Below, piece after piece: positions 33,089 to 42,826 of a stretch of DNA of 64,000 nucleotides; position 1 is the first letter of the stretch, and the number at the start of each line of letters is the position of its first letter. The notes beneath the pieces were generated by a model. The model saw only the letters and a program-made list of their open reading frames with translations, ran no database searches and was not told the DNA's origin. The stretch comes from Vulcanimicrobiota bacterium (lineage in GTDB: Bacteria > Vulcanimicrobiota > Vulcanimicrobiia > Vulcanimicrobiales > Vulcanimicrobiaceae): positions 6,116 to 70,115 of the forward strand of contig PLCF01000027.1 of assembly GCA_003135555.1 (NCBI GenBank), given 5' to 3'. The translations under genes were made by a program, and so were the position numbers.

Positions 33089-34333
33089 GTGAAACGTCTC
33101 GGTTCGGTCGGTGCGGTCCTATTCGCTGCCGCGGTGGCGCTCGTCGCGTGCCAAGGAGGCTCGACGAATCCGCCTCCGATCAACACGGGCGGTTCGCTGC
33201 TTTGGACCGCCAGCACGACGACGACGACCGTGACGCTCGGGCCCTCTAGCGGACCGACGGCGTTCAACCTGCCCAGCTCGCACGGGTTCAGCGGAACGGT
33301 GACGTTCCCGGCCCCCACGTCGGTGACCAACGCGACGCTCACGTTCACGATCCAGAATTTCCCGCCGACCGCCACCGACGGCGTCCCGGCTGCGTCGAAC
33401 GTGCGTCTACCGCAGGGAACGCGCGGCGTGCAGTCGCTGCCCGCGCACACGACGATCCTCTACGTCGGGGTCGTATCGAGCGCCGACTTCACGCTTCCGA
33501 CGGGGCTGTCGTTCTCGATTACGGTGCCGCCGTCGTTTATCACCCCGGGCAACTCCTACTACATCGCGTTCTACGATCCCAACCTCAAGGATTGGATCGT
33601 CTACGCGGGGCCCGCGGCGATCAGCGGCAGCACGGTGACCTTCACCGCGCAGGGCGGCCCGATCACCCTCAAGGCCGGCGTGCGGTACTGGTTCGCGCTG
33701 ATCACTACTGCCGTGCCGATCCCGACGCCGACGCCGACTCCGACGCCGAACGGCACCGCCAGCCCGACGCCCACGCCGACACCCGTCGGCCAAACGCCGA
33801 CACCGACGCCGACCGCGTCTCCGACGGCGACGCCCGTAGGCCAAACGCCGACACCGACGCCGACCGCGTCTCCGACGCCTACGCCCGTAGGTCAAACGCC
33901 GACGCCCACGCCGACCGCGTCCCCGACGCCTACGCCCACACCATCACCGACGCCGACGCCAACGCCAACGCCAACGCCAACGCCAACGCCGACACCGACT
34001 CCAACGCCGACTCCATCGCCGACGCCGGTACCGAACGCGCTCTCCGCCTCGCCGAACCCGACGAACGTCAACGGCACGGGCGCCGCGAACGCGCAGACGA
34101 TCACCGTCAAGGAAACCGGGTATGCCGGGACGTTCGGCGAGGTCGACACCTGCAGCGGTAAGGCGACCATCACGACCTCGAACAACCACGGCCCCACGGC
34201 CACCTACACCGTGACCGGCGTCGCCGCCGGTCAGTGCGACGCGACCTTCAGCGACAGCTTCAGCCAAACGGCCCCGGTGCACATCGTCGTCACGACCAGC
34301 GGCTTCACCATCAACAGCAAAACGCGCCACTAA
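33089..34333 (+). CDS. Lipoprotein with two beta-rich domains joined by a long Pro/Thr linker
   Basis: GTG AAA CGT CTC GG start as at 29861; lipobox LVAC; ~100 aa PT tract. Confidence 0.8.
   Translation: MKRLGSVGAVLFAAAVALVACQGGSTNPPPINTGGSLLWTASTTTTTVTLGPSSGPTAFNLPSSHGFSGTVTFPAPTSVTNATLTFTIQNFPPTATDGVPAASNVRLPQGTRGVQSLPAHTTILYVGVVSSADFTLPTGLSFSITVPPSFITPGNSYYIAFYDPNLKDWIVYAGPAAISGSTVTFTAQGGPITLKAGVRYWFALITTAVPIPTPTPTPTPNGTASPTPTPTPVGQTPTPTPTASPTATPVGQTPTPTPTASPTPTPVGQTPTPTPTASPTPTPTPSPTPTPTPTPTPTPTPTPTPTPTPSPTPVPNALSASPNPTNVNGTGAANAQTITVKETGYAGTFGEVDTCSGKATITTSNNHGPTATYTVTGVAAGQCDATFSDSFSQTAPVHIVVTTSGFTINSKTRH
33779..33991 (+). repeat. Coding tandem repeats: 3 x 51 bp ([17 protein letters not shown]) and (ACGCCA)5
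   Basis: Units start at 33779, 33830, 33881; hexamer run 33956-33985. Confidence 0.85.
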
Positions 34334-34395
34334 CACCCTGCGCTACAATGAAACCAACACGGGTGAGAACCCAACTCGCAAGGAGCAAACCTCAG

Positions 34396-35619
34396 ATGCG
34401 TAAGATCCTGACCCTTCTCGCCATGATGGCACTTGCGGGTTGCGGCGGCGGCGGCGGAGGCACGACCTCAACGCCGGCACCGCCGGCGCCCCCCAACGCC
34501 CCGCAAGGCGACTTGGTGACCCCGCAGTTCACGTTCACCTTTGGAAAATCGGGCTCGAGCACGGCGCGGTCGCCGCAATACATCGACGGCACGAACACCA
34601 AATCGGTGACGATCACGCTCGTCAGCACCAACGGTGTCGCGACGACCGTGACCAACCCGTCGGTCTCGTCGAACGTCACCCCCCCGTGCACCCCGTGCAC
34701 GGTCCCCGGACCGCCGTCGCCGCCCGGAACCGACCGCTACACGGTGACCACCTTCGACAATACGAACGGCACCGGAAATGCGCTATCGGCCGCGACCAAG
34801 GACTTTACCATCACCGCCGGCTCGGCGAACACCGGCTTGACCATCACGCTCTTCGGTATCGTCAAGTCGATCACGATCGGCGCCCCGGCGGCGCCGAACG
34901 CCGGGACGACCCCGGCCGACGCGACCCTCACGGTGACCGCGAAGAACGCCGCCGGCGGGACGATCACCGGCACGTACGGCGACAACAGCACCGGCGCCGC
35001 CTACATCACCGGCGGCGGCCTGAACGGGACGCCGGTAACCGTCACGATCAACGAGACCGACGCGAACGGCGCGACACTGGTCGCCAGCGGCGGCGCGACG
35101 CAAAACTCGACGACCAGCGTAACGCTGCACAACGACACCGACGTCGTCAAGCTGCACTATGCGGGGCTCGCGGAGAACCAGAAGACCATCACGGCCGCGG
35201 CCACCGGGTCGACCAACGGGACCGCGAACTTCCAGCCGACGCTCCAGGCGATCACGCCGTCGAGCGGAACCGAGATCGATCTCTACGTCGACAGCACCAC
35301 CGGCGGCACCGGCTCGACCGGCAGCCAGACGTTCACCGAGGCGGGTTTCACCGGCACGTACGCTCAGAACTTCAGCTCCACGTTCACGAAGACCAGCGGC
35401 TTCAACACCGCGTGCAACTTGGTAGCGTCGATCAGCCAGTCACCTGCGGGCGTGTTCACGGCGACCGCGCCGGCTGCCGCCGCGCCGCCGACCGCCGGCA
35501 GTTGCGACCTGACGATCAACGACAACCTCACGCAAGCCGGACACACGTCCACCGCCACGACGGTGGTGACGTACACGACGTCCTCGGTCGGCGCCAGCTC
35601 CAAGAAGCGCCGGCAATAA
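34396..35619 (+). CDS. Thr-rich beta-sandwich lipoprotein (candidate fibre subunit)
   Basis: AGGAG RBS; lipobox LAGC-GGGGG; 'ARSPQYID' motif; basic C-terminus KKRRQ. Confidence 0.8.
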   Translation: MRKILTLLAMMALAGCGGGGGGTTSTPAPPAPPNAPQGDLVTPQFTFTFGKSGSSTARSPQYIDGTNTKSVTITLVSTNGVATTVTNPSVSSNVTPPCTPCTVPGPPSPPGTDRYTVTTFDNTNGTGNALSAATKDFTITAGSANTGLTITLFGIVKSITIGAPAAPNAGTTPADATLTVTAKNAAGGTITGTYGDNSTGAAYITGGGLNGTPVTVTINETDANGATLVASGGATQNSTTSVTLHNDTDVVKLHYAGLAENQKTITAAATGSTNGTANFQPTLQAITPSSGTEIDLYVDSTTGGTGSTGSQTFTEAGFTGTYAQNFSSTFTKTSGFNTACNLVASISQSPAGVFTATAPAAAAPPTAGSCDLTINDNLTQAGHTSTATTVVTYTTSSVGASSKKRRQ

Positions 35620-35630
35620 CCTGAACCCGC

Positions 35631-35664
35631 GTCGCCGCGGTCCGCTTCGGCGGATCGCGGCGGC
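35631..35664 (+). terminator. Strong GC hairpin with cUUCGg loop and no U tract (terminator or mRNA stabiliser)
   Basis: GTCGCCGCGGTCCGC-TTCG-GCGGATCGCGGCGGC; 15-bp stem with two G-U pairs. Confidence 0.6.
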
Positions 35665-35754
35665 TCGTCACCGCTCGGGCCCGGGTACGGCGGCGGCGAA
35701 TTTTTCGACCTCGGACTTCTCGTTCAGCCTGGTAGCGGCTGAGGAATGGTGCCC

Positions 35755-37881
35755 ATGAAACCGCTCGGAAACAAGGTTCTCTCTTCCGCACTCGCCTGCG
35801 TCGCTGCGGCGTCGCTTGCGGCGTGTGGTGGCGGCGGCTCGCACAGCACCGCGCTGCCTCAACCGGCACCGACCTCGGCCGCGGCGGCCGCGTACAACGG
35901 CCCGCTTTCCGACGCGACCTTCAAGATCACGATCCCCGTGCCTACGACGTCCAGCAACGCGCGGCGTCCGGCCTACGTGTCGTCGTCGACGACGAAGATC
36001 GTGTTCACGTTGAACAGCGACACGGTCGGACTCACCGGCGCGGCGCTTGCGACCTTTAACACCACCAACCTCGGAGCGAAAGCCGTCACGTTGAACAGCG
36101 CGACGTGCCCGGGGACCGGGCCGTGGACGTGCACGCTCACGATCAAGCTGCCGCCGGGGACGGACAGCGTCACGGTGTCGGCGCAGGACGGCTCGAGCAA
36201 CATCCTCTCGCAGCAGATTTCGAGCTTCACCGTCGTCAAGGCGACGGCGAACTCGTTCAGCATCACCCTCGACGCGAACGCAAACACGATGACGGTCAGC
36301 GCCTCGTCCGGGTTCTGCGCCGGTGCGTTCACCGTGGCGAGTGCGCAGACGATCCCGACCGTCGGCACCACGGCTGTCACGTTCAGTGCGTCCTACAAAG
36401 ACCTGGCGGGAAAGACGATCATCGCTCCGGGACTCCCGATACTGACCGTCAACGGGCACACCAACGACAACAGCGGCGCCGGTTACACCGACCCCGGCAA
36501 CCTCAACACGAAGGTCAACCAAGCCACCCAGACCTATACGCTGCAGATCACGACGGGCAGCGGGACCGCTGCCGTTGCGGTCGCGGCGACGCCGAATGTC
36601 GGGACCGACGGGCTCTCGTTCAACAAGACCCTCAACTACAGCTTCCAGGCGGGCCCGGCACCGCCGGCGAGCTTGCTGGCCGTGATCGAACAAACCGGCG
36701 CGGCGTCGGGGAAGATCGATCTGTTCACGGTCACGCTCGGCGCAACGGACTCGTTCACGGCGGCCTCGCCGGCGACGCTGGCGAGTACGAACCCCGGCGC
36801 AGGCCCCGACGTCGACTTCCCGCAGGACCTGCTGTTCGATCCCAACGCCGATCTGCTGATCGCGAACGGCGGCGCCGGTAACCCTGACTTTGGGAACTTC
36901 GCCTGCGTCCCCGCCGGCGCGATCACGACCGGCGCCAACGTCGCGACCGTGTTGACGACGAACATGGACGACCCCGCGTTCCTGGCGCTCGGTACCGACA
37001 GCACCGTCGCGCTGGCGAACGTCCCCGCCGCCGCGGGGGTCCACGTCGAAGAGTTCGAGCTGAGCGGAGCCTACACGCCCGACTCGGGCACGCGCAACAT
37101 CACCAACGCCACGTATCCGGGCCTCGGCGCGCTCGGCGTCATCGCCCTGCCGGCCACCGGCACGAATCCGTCCGGGAGCTTCGCCTCGTCGATCACGAAC
37201 GGCACGACGGTATCGCACATCGTGATCAAGCGCCCCGACGGGACGTCGACGCAGATCGACGACACGCACATCGTGGCAGTGTCGCTGGCGTACGACTCGT
37301 TCAACAACCAGATCGCGGCCGCCAGCTCGAACGGCACGGCCTCGTGGCTCAACTTCGTCAACCCGACCACCTTCGCGGTGGTGAAGCAGTTCACGATGCA
37401 CGACGATGGCTGCTACAGCGCCGGCGCGTGGAACAACTGTCCGCCGGGGGGTGCGGCCACCCCGACGCACGTGAGCGACATGAAAGCGAGCGTCATCGCG
37501 GCGTCCTCGAGTGGCTATGTCGCGCTCGGCGGTATCACGGCCAGCGGCGAACCCGAGGTACAGGTCTACAACCCGTCCCACGACCCCACCGGCGGGCCGA
37601 TCCCGTACGACGCGACGACGACTTCCGGCGGCCCGACCTTCGTCTACGGGAGCGCGACGATCATCGTCAGCGCGTTGCGCTTCATCACCCCAACGAAGCT
37701 GCTGGTCTCGCTGCAGTCCGATACGGCGGCCAAGCAGGGCATCTACACTTACGACGTCAGCACGCTCGTGTCGCCGTGCACCTGCTTCGACTTCAACGGC
37801 AACCAGTTCGCCAACAGCCCGAAACAAACCGGCTTCCAACAGCTGGGCAACAGTCCGCTGTCCGCGGCATACAAACCCTAA
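35755..37881 (+). CDS. Large lipoprotein, paralog B (start may be 35746)
   Basis: Lipobox LAAC-GGGG; 'RRPAYVSSST'; N-terminal half near-identical to 29861; ends PLSAAYKP. Confidence 0.8.
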   Translation: MKPLGNKVLSSALACVAAASLAACGGGGSHSTALPQPAPTSAAAAAYNGPLSDATFKITIPVPTTSSNARRPAYVSSSTTKIVFTLNSDTVGLTGAALATFNTTNLGAKAVTLNSATCPGTGPWTCTLTIKLPPGTDSVTVSAQDGSSNILSQQISSFTVVKATANSFSITLDANANTMTVSASSGFCAGAFTVASAQTIPTVGTTAVTFSASYKDLAGKTIIAPGLPILTVNGHTNDNSGAGYTDPGNLNTKVNQATQTYTLQITTGSGTAAVAVAATPNVGTDGLSFNKTLNYSFQAGPAPPASLLAVIEQTGAASGKIDLFTVTLGATDSFTAASPATLASTNPGAGPDVDFPQDLLFDPNADLLIANGGAGNPDFGNFACVPAGAITTGANVATVLTTNMDDPAFLALGTDSTVALANVPAAAGVHVEEFELSGAYTPDSGTRNITNATYPGLGALGVIALPATGTNPSGSFASSITNGTTVSHIVIKRPDGTSTQIDDTHIVAVSLAYDSFNNQIAAASSNGTASWLNFVNPTTFAVVKQFTMHDDGCYSAGAWNNCPPGGAATPTHVSDMKASVIAASSSGYVALGGITASGEPEVQVYNPSHDPTGGPIPYDATTTSGGPTFVYGSATIIVSALRFITPTKLLVSLQSDTAAKQGIYTYDVSTLVSPCTCFDFNGNQFANSPKQTGFQQLGNSPLSAAYKP

Positions 37882-37900
37882 CCGGGAGGGAGAGGAGACA

Positions 37901-38422
37901 ATGGGTCAACCTTATGTAGGCGAGATACGCATGTTCGGAGGGTCGTTCGCTCCGGCGGGGTGGATGACGTGCGACGGCCAGCTGCTCCCGATCTCCGAAT
38001 TCGACACGTTGTTCAACCTGATCGGCACGACGTACGGCGGCGACGGCCAGTCCACGTTCGCGCTGCCGAACCTGAGCGGACGGCTTCCGGTCGACATGGG
38101 CACCAGCCCCAGCACCGGGACGAATTATGCCCTCGGACAGCTGGCCGGCACCTCGACCGTCACGCTGACGACGCAGCAGATCCCGATCCACAACCACCCC
38201 GTCATCGCCGACAACAACAACGCGACGACGACCCAGACCGCGCCGAACAACGACCTCTACGGAAATGCGAGCCCGACAGCGGTGTATTCGGCGACCAACA
38301 CGCTGCACCCGATGTTCAACCTCCCGCTCCAAGGCGGCGGCCAGCCGCACGACAACATGATGCCGTATCAGGCGATCACGTTCATCATCTCGATGTTCGG
38401 CATCTTCCCGAGTCAAAACTGA
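37901..38422 (+). CDS. Phage tail-collar domain protein (MdpB-like) 1
   Basis: 'PYVGEIRMFGGSFAPAGWMTCDGQLLPI...LF.LIGTTYGGDG..TFALPNL.GR'...'HDNMMPY...GIFPSQN'. Confidence 0.9.
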   Translation: MGQPYVGEIRMFGGSFAPAGWMTCDGQLLPISEFDTLFNLIGTTYGGDGQSTFALPNLSGRLPVDMGTSPSTGTNYALGQLAGTSTVTLTTQQIPIHNHPVIADNNNATTTQTAPNNDLYGNASPTAVYSATNTLHPMFNLPLQGGGQPHDNMMPYQAITFIISMFGIFPSQN

Positions 38423-38949
38423 TGTCGAATCCATTCGTAGCAGAGATCCGGATCTTCCCGTTCAACTTCGCCCCCAAAGGGTGGGCGTTCTGCGACGGAC
38501 AGCTCCTGTCGATCTCCCAGAACACCGCGCTCTTCTCGTTGCTCGGCACGTTTTACGGCGGCGACGGAAAGTCGAACTTCGCGCTGCCGAACCTGCAGGG
38601 CTCGGTCGCGATGCACACCGACCAGTACTCCGGCGGCGGCCAATTCCCGATCGGCTCGGCGAGCGGTTCGGACACCGTCACCGTGCTGACCTCCGAGATG
38701 CCGAGCCACAACCACCTGGTGCAGTGCGACACCAACGCGCTGAACACATCGGTGACGAGTCCGAGCGGTACCGTTCCGGGGAACACCTCGCCGAACAAGC
38801 TCTATTCGGTGACCACCACCCCGTCGGCGCCGATGAGCCCGTTCATGATCGGGATCTACGGCGGCAGCAACCCGCACAACAATCTCCAGCCGTACCTCGT
38901 CCTCAACTACTGCATCGCACTCCAAGGAGTGTACCCGCCGCGCACCTAG
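38422..38949 (+). CDS. Phage tail-collar domain protein (MdpB-like) 2
   Basis: 'PFVAEIRIFPFNFAPKGWAFCDGQLLSISQNTALFSLLGT.YGGDGKSNFALPNLQG'; TGATG coupling. Confidence 0.9.
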   Translation: MSNPFVAEIRIFPFNFAPKGWAFCDGQLLSISQNTALFSLLGTFYGGDGKSNFALPNLQGSVAMHTDQYSGGGQFPIGSASGSDTVTVLTSEMPSHNHLVQCDTNALNTSVTSPSGTVPGNTSPNKLYSVTTTPSAPMSPFMIGIYGGSNPHNNLQPYLVLNYCIALQGVYPPRT

Positions 38950-38991
38950 CGCGCCGGGTAGTACGCACTGTGGAAGTAGGGAAGTAACACC

Positions 38992-39504
38992 ATGTCGAGT
39001 CCGTTTCTCTCGGAGATCAAGATCGTCTCGTTCAACTTCGCACCGAAGGGCTGGGCGCTGTGCAACGGGCAGCTGCTGCCGATCAACCAGAACCAGGCGC
39101 TGTTCTCGCTGCTCGGCACGACCTACGGCGGCGACGGCCGAGTGAACTTCGGCCTGCCGGAACTCCGCGGCAAGGTGGCGATGCACACCGGCCAAAGCCA
39201 CGTCCTGGGCGAACGCGGCGGTGAGGAAAACCACACGCTGACGCAGGGCGAGACGCCGGCCCACACCCACATACCGCAAGCCGATCCGGCAGCCGCCACC
39301 GTGTTCAACCCGATCAACCACTATCCGGCGCTCGCCGCTCCGCATCAGATCTACTCCGCGCTCGGCGGCGGCAGCCAAGCGGTGTCGATGAACCCGGCGA
39401 TGGTCACCAACACCGGCGGCAGTCAGGCGCACAACAACATGCAGCCCTACAGCGTCCTGAACTTCGTCATCGCACTCCAGGGAATTTTCCCGAGCCAAAA
39501 CTGA
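38992..39504 (+). CDS. Phage tail-collar domain protein (MdpB-like) 3
   Basis: 'PFLSEIKIVSFNFAPKGWALCNGQLLPINQNQALFSLLGTTYGGDG'...'HNNMQPY..LNFVIALQGIFPSQN'. Confidence 0.9.
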   Translation: MSSPFLSEIKIVSFNFAPKGWALCNGQLLPINQNQALFSLLGTTYGGDGRVNFGLPELRGKVAMHTGQSHVLGERGGEENHTLTQGETPAHTHIPQADPAAATVFNPINHYPALAAPHQIYSALGGGSQAVSMNPAMVTNTGGSQAHNNMQPYSVLNFVIALQGIFPSQN

Positions 39505-39569
39505 CGGTCCGGCGTGGGCGTGCCGGATCGCAATGCTCTCCACCAGCTCCAAGAGGCATAGGTAACTAC

Positions 39570-40508
39570 GTGAAACGCGCCCCCTTCTTGGGCGCCGCCG
39601 CAGCGACGCTCCTCGCCGGCTGCGGCGGCTCCCACGCAATGCGAGCGCTTCCGGGTGTCGCAGCTTCGAACCCCAATTCACCGTCCGGAAAGTTCAGCGG
39701 AACGCTGGTCCCGGTGACGCCCGATCCGATCCCCGAAAACGTGCTCAGGAGCCCGATCATCGGCGAAGCGCGGCGTTTCGACGGGAGCACCGCGCCGTCG
39801 GGCTGGATGCTTGCGCAGGGCCAGTCGATCCCGATCGCCGACAACCCGCAGCTCTTCGCGATCCTTGGCCATGCGGTCGGAGATCGTGCCAAGACGACGT
39901 TCGCGCTGCCGCATGCGGGTTTCGGCCTCATCGTCGCCGCCGTCGGGCTCTTCCCGACCAGCCCCGCGCTGTTGGCGCAATCGGGGCGGCGCATATTGTC
40001 GCGGACCGACTCGGCGGGGCCCGGCGCGCGCCCGGCCGGGATGCGGCTCCCGTCCTTGAAGCAACAAGCGGTCCTACAGACGCGGGCGGCCGCGCTCCGT
40101 CAATCGCAGCAGCTTGCGGCCGATGCACCTCGCGTGGGACGGTCCGGCGTGCAACGGTTGTCACCGGAGTTCGTCGCGCGGATCGACCTCGTGCAGGAAG
40201 ACGCGCGAACCAGCGCGTTGGCAACGCTAACCGGCGCGAACCGGGGACGCGTCGAGGGCCTCATCGACGCGATCCTGGCCGGGCGCACGACCGTACAGCA
40301 GGCCACCGTCGAGATGCGGTCGGCGCTGAGCGGAGGCGAGGCACGCGCCCTGCTCGACGTGTTCGACGGTACGCAGCGCGCGCTGCGCCAGGGATGGAAC
40401 GGCATGGAGCATCCCGATCCGCAAACGGAAGCGTCGAACTACGTCATCGCGATTGCGTTCACGCACGATCAACTGCACGCGCTGCGGACGATGGCACAAA
40501 ACGGCTGA
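39570..40508 (+). CDS. Lipoprotein containing a compact tail-collar domain plus helical C-terminal domain
   Basis: Lipobox LAGC; 'IIGEARRF....APSGWMLAQGQ.IPIADNPQLFAILG.....TFALP' directly followed by 'IVAAVGLFP'. Confidence 0.75.
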   Translation: MKRAPFLGAAAATLLAGCGGSHAMRALPGVAASNPNSPSGKFSGTLVPVTPDPIPENVLRSPIIGEARRFDGSTAPSGWMLAQGQSIPIADNPQLFAILGHAVGDRAKTTFALPHAGFGLIVAAVGLFPTSPALLAQSGRRILSRTDSAGPGARPAGMRLPSLKQQAVLQTRAAALRQSQQLAADAPRVGRSGVQRLSPEFVARIDLVQEDARTSALATLTGANRGRVEGLIDAILAGRTTVQQATVEMRSALSGGEARALLDVFDGTQRALRQGWNGMEHPDPQTEASNYVIAIAFTHDQLHALRTMAQNG

Positions 40509-40524
40509 CGCCGAAGCCCACGGC

Positions 40525-40887
40525 ATGGGTAAAATCGTCAACTTCCACCTTCCCGCCGATGACGTCGAGCGGGCGGCGACGTTCTACCGTGAAGTGTTCG
40601 GGTGGGAGTTCGCGCCGTTCGCCGGGTCGCCGGTACCGTATCTGGTGCATGAGCCGGGGGAGAACGGCGCCGGGATCCCGGGCGCGATCACCCAGCGGCA
40701 GAGCGTCGTCAAGGCGCCGACCCCGACCATCGAGGTCCACGGGATCGATCAAGTGATGATCGACGTCGCGCTGAAGGGCGGCCAGCAAGGGAGCGTCCAG
40801 GACATCCCCGGCCTGGGCCGCTTCGGCTACGCGATCGACTCCGAAGGCAACATCATCGCCCTCTTGGAGCGGACCGCCCCAGGCTGA
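40525..40887 (+). CDS. VOC/glyoxalase family protein
   Basis: 'IVNFHLPADDVERAATFYREVFGW', 'DSEGNII'. Confidence 0.85.
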   Translation: MGKIVNFHLPADDVERAATFYREVFGWEFAPFAGSPVPYLVHEPGENGAGIPGAITQRQSVVKAPTPTIEVHGIDQVMIDVALKGGQQGSVQDIPGLGRFGYAIDSEGNIIALLERTAPG

Positions 40888-40983
40888 CGGTCGCCTAGCC
40901 GGCCGCCGACGGCGGCCTACCCGGTTTTGAGTATGTAGGGCCGGCGTTCCGATCCCGTAGCCTGGGTGCGGGAGGAACCCCAC

Positions 40984-42813
40984 ATGACGAAACTCGCGGC
41001 CCTCGCGGTCGTCGCCGGCCTGACGACCGCCTCGTGCTCCGGACACGGCGCCTCCGCGGTGCTGCCCGCCGGCGGTCCGGCCGGCCTAGCCGCGGCGGGC
41101 ACGAGCAGCCCCAGCACCCAAGGCGCCCGGACCACCCGGCCGCGCTCGGTCGCGGCGGCCCCCGCCGGCTGGGCCAACACGGCGACAGCGGCCATCGTCC
41201 CGGCCAACGCCGCCGACTTGGGGCAGCTCGACCGGGCCAAGACCGTGAACGTCGTCCTCGGCCTCCAGATGCGCGACGTCGACGCCGTGAAGTCGGCCAT
41301 CGCGGCGGGCCAGCGGATGTCGCGCGAGACGTTCGTGAGCCAGTATGCGCCCTCAGCGGCGCAGGTCGGCGCGGCGGTCTCGTACTTGCAGGCGCAGGGG
41401 TTCAGCAACGTGAGCGCCGCGCCCAACAGCATGCTGGTGACGGCGAGCGCGCCGGCCGCCACGGTCGAGAAGGCGTTCAATACCGCCCTGCACGGCTTCA
41501 GCGTGAACGGCAAGTCGTTTTTCGCGAACACGCAGCCGGCCTTCGTGCCGAGCTCGCTCGGCGGGAACGTCGTCGCGGTGCTCGGGTTGACGAACGTCCC
41601 CGGCCTCAAAGCGGGCCCGTTGCAGCGCTCGCTGTCACCGCAGGACGCGATCTTTCCCCGGCAGAGCCAGCCCACGCCGTGCACGCAGAACGTCAACGGC
41701 ACGACCGGGACGCCGGTGTGCCCGCGCTTCTACGACCCGCAGACCTATAACATCACCTACGACGCGACGCGGGTCCCGGCCAGCGGCTCGGAGATCGCGA
41801 TCTTCGCGGTCGGCGATCCGACGATTGCGATCGCCGATTTCCACGACAACGAAGGGCGCTTCGGGCTCTCGCAGATCCCGGTGAACCTCGTGCACGCGCA
41901 GCCCGCGACGGCGGACATCACCGGCAACGGCGAGTGGACGCTCGACATGACCTACTCGCAGGCGATGGCGTGGGCCCCGGTGCAGATCGATCTCTACCTC
42001 GCCGGCACGTTCGCCTTCAGCGACATGACGGTGGCGATGAACCGCTGGGCCAGCGACGACGTCGCCCCGATCATGAACGCGTCGGTCGGCGGTTGCGAAG
42101 TCTTCCCGTACCAAACCGGCGACATGCTCGTCGGCGACATGATCCTGGTCGAGGCCGCGGCGCAAGGGCAGACGCTCTTCGCTTCAACCGGCGATACCGG
42201 CGGTTATTGTGGCGTCGCGGGCGTCCCGCCCAACGGCGGCGTCGGCGGTGCGCCGCTCGTCGAGTACCCGGCCTCTTCTCCGTACGCCGTGGCGGTCGGC
42301 GGGACGCAGCTCTTCAGCAACGTCGACGGCACGTATCTCGGCGAGCAGGCGTGGCAGTCGGGCGGCGGCGGCGTGAGCCAGTTCGAGTACTCGCCGTCCT
42401 GGGAGAGTCCGGCACAGCCCATCGGCACCACGCCGGCCGGATATAGCTTCCGCGGCGTCCCCGACATTGCGTTCGACGCGGCACTCGAGACCGGCGCGCT
42501 CTTGTACGAGGGCGGCAGTCAGTTCATCACCGGCGGAACGAGCCTCGCCTCGCCGCTGGCGGCCGGAACGTACGCGCGGATGCAAGGCCTGCACGCGAAC
42601 AGCCTCGGGTTCGCCGCACCGCTGCTCTACCGTGTGTTCGGTACCAGCACGCCGCAGCAGATCTCCAGCGGCCCGCCGGCGACCGAGCTGATCGGCCCGT
42701 TCCACGACGTGCTCCAAGGCACGAACGGCCTGTACACCGCGCTGCCCAAGTACGACTACACGACCGGACTCGGCAGCCTCGACGTCGCCCGCTTGCGCGC
42801 GGCACTCCAGTAA
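40984..42813 (+). CDS. S53 (sedolisin/kumamolisin) peptidase, predicted lipoprotein
   Basis: TASC lipobox-like; pro-domain; catalytic EWTLD, STGDTG, GGTSLASP; 'YDYTTGLGS'. Confidence 0.88.
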   Translation: MTKLAALAVVAGLTTASCSGHGASAVLPAGGPAGLAAAGTSSPSTQGARTTRPRSVAAAPAGWANTATAAIVPANAADLGQLDRAKTVNVVLGLQMRDVDAVKSAIAAGQRMSRETFVSQYAPSAAQVGAAVSYLQAQGFSNVSAAPNSMLVTASAPAATVEKAFNTALHGFSVNGKSFFANTQPAFVPSSLGGNVVAVLGLTNVPGLKAGPLQRSLSPQDAIFPRQSQPTPCTQNVNGTTGTPVCPRFYDPQTYNITYDATRVPASGSEIAIFAVGDPTIAIADFHDNEGRFGLSQIPVNLVHAQPATADITGNGEWTLDMTYSQAMAWAPVQIDLYLAGTFAFSDMTVAMNRWASDDVAPIMNASVGGCEVFPYQTGDMLVGDMILVEAAAQGQTLFASTGDTGGYCGVAGVPPNGGVGGAPLVEYPASSPYAVAVGGTQLFSNVDGTYLGEQAWQSGGGGVSQFEYSPSWESPAQPIGTTPAGYSFRGVPDIAFDAALETGALLYEGGSQFITGGTSLASPLAAGTYARMQGLHANSLGFAAPLLYRVFGTSTPQQISSGPPATELIGPFHDVLQGTNGLYTALPKYDYTTGLGSLDVARLRAALQ

Positions 42814-42826
42814 AGGAAGCACGACG

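Noticed and set aside
33720..34032. CRISPR-like periodic repeat
   Set aside because: Repeats are contiguous in-frame Pro/Thr codons without unique spacers, and there are no cas genes
35668..37839. Long antisense or alternative-frame ORFs (also 25042-27285, 55504-57900, 8924-10528)
   Set aside because: Shadow ORFs of well-supported genes in GC-rich DNA; Arg/Gly-rich and lacking motifs
29861..37881. Diversity-generating retroelement behind the variable C-termini
   Set aside because: No reverse transcriptase in the window and no template/variable repeat pair differing only at adenines was seen
37901..40508. Prophage or contractile injection system suggested by tail-collar genes
   Set aside because: No capsid, terminase, sheath, tube, baseplate, lysis or integrase genes are nearby
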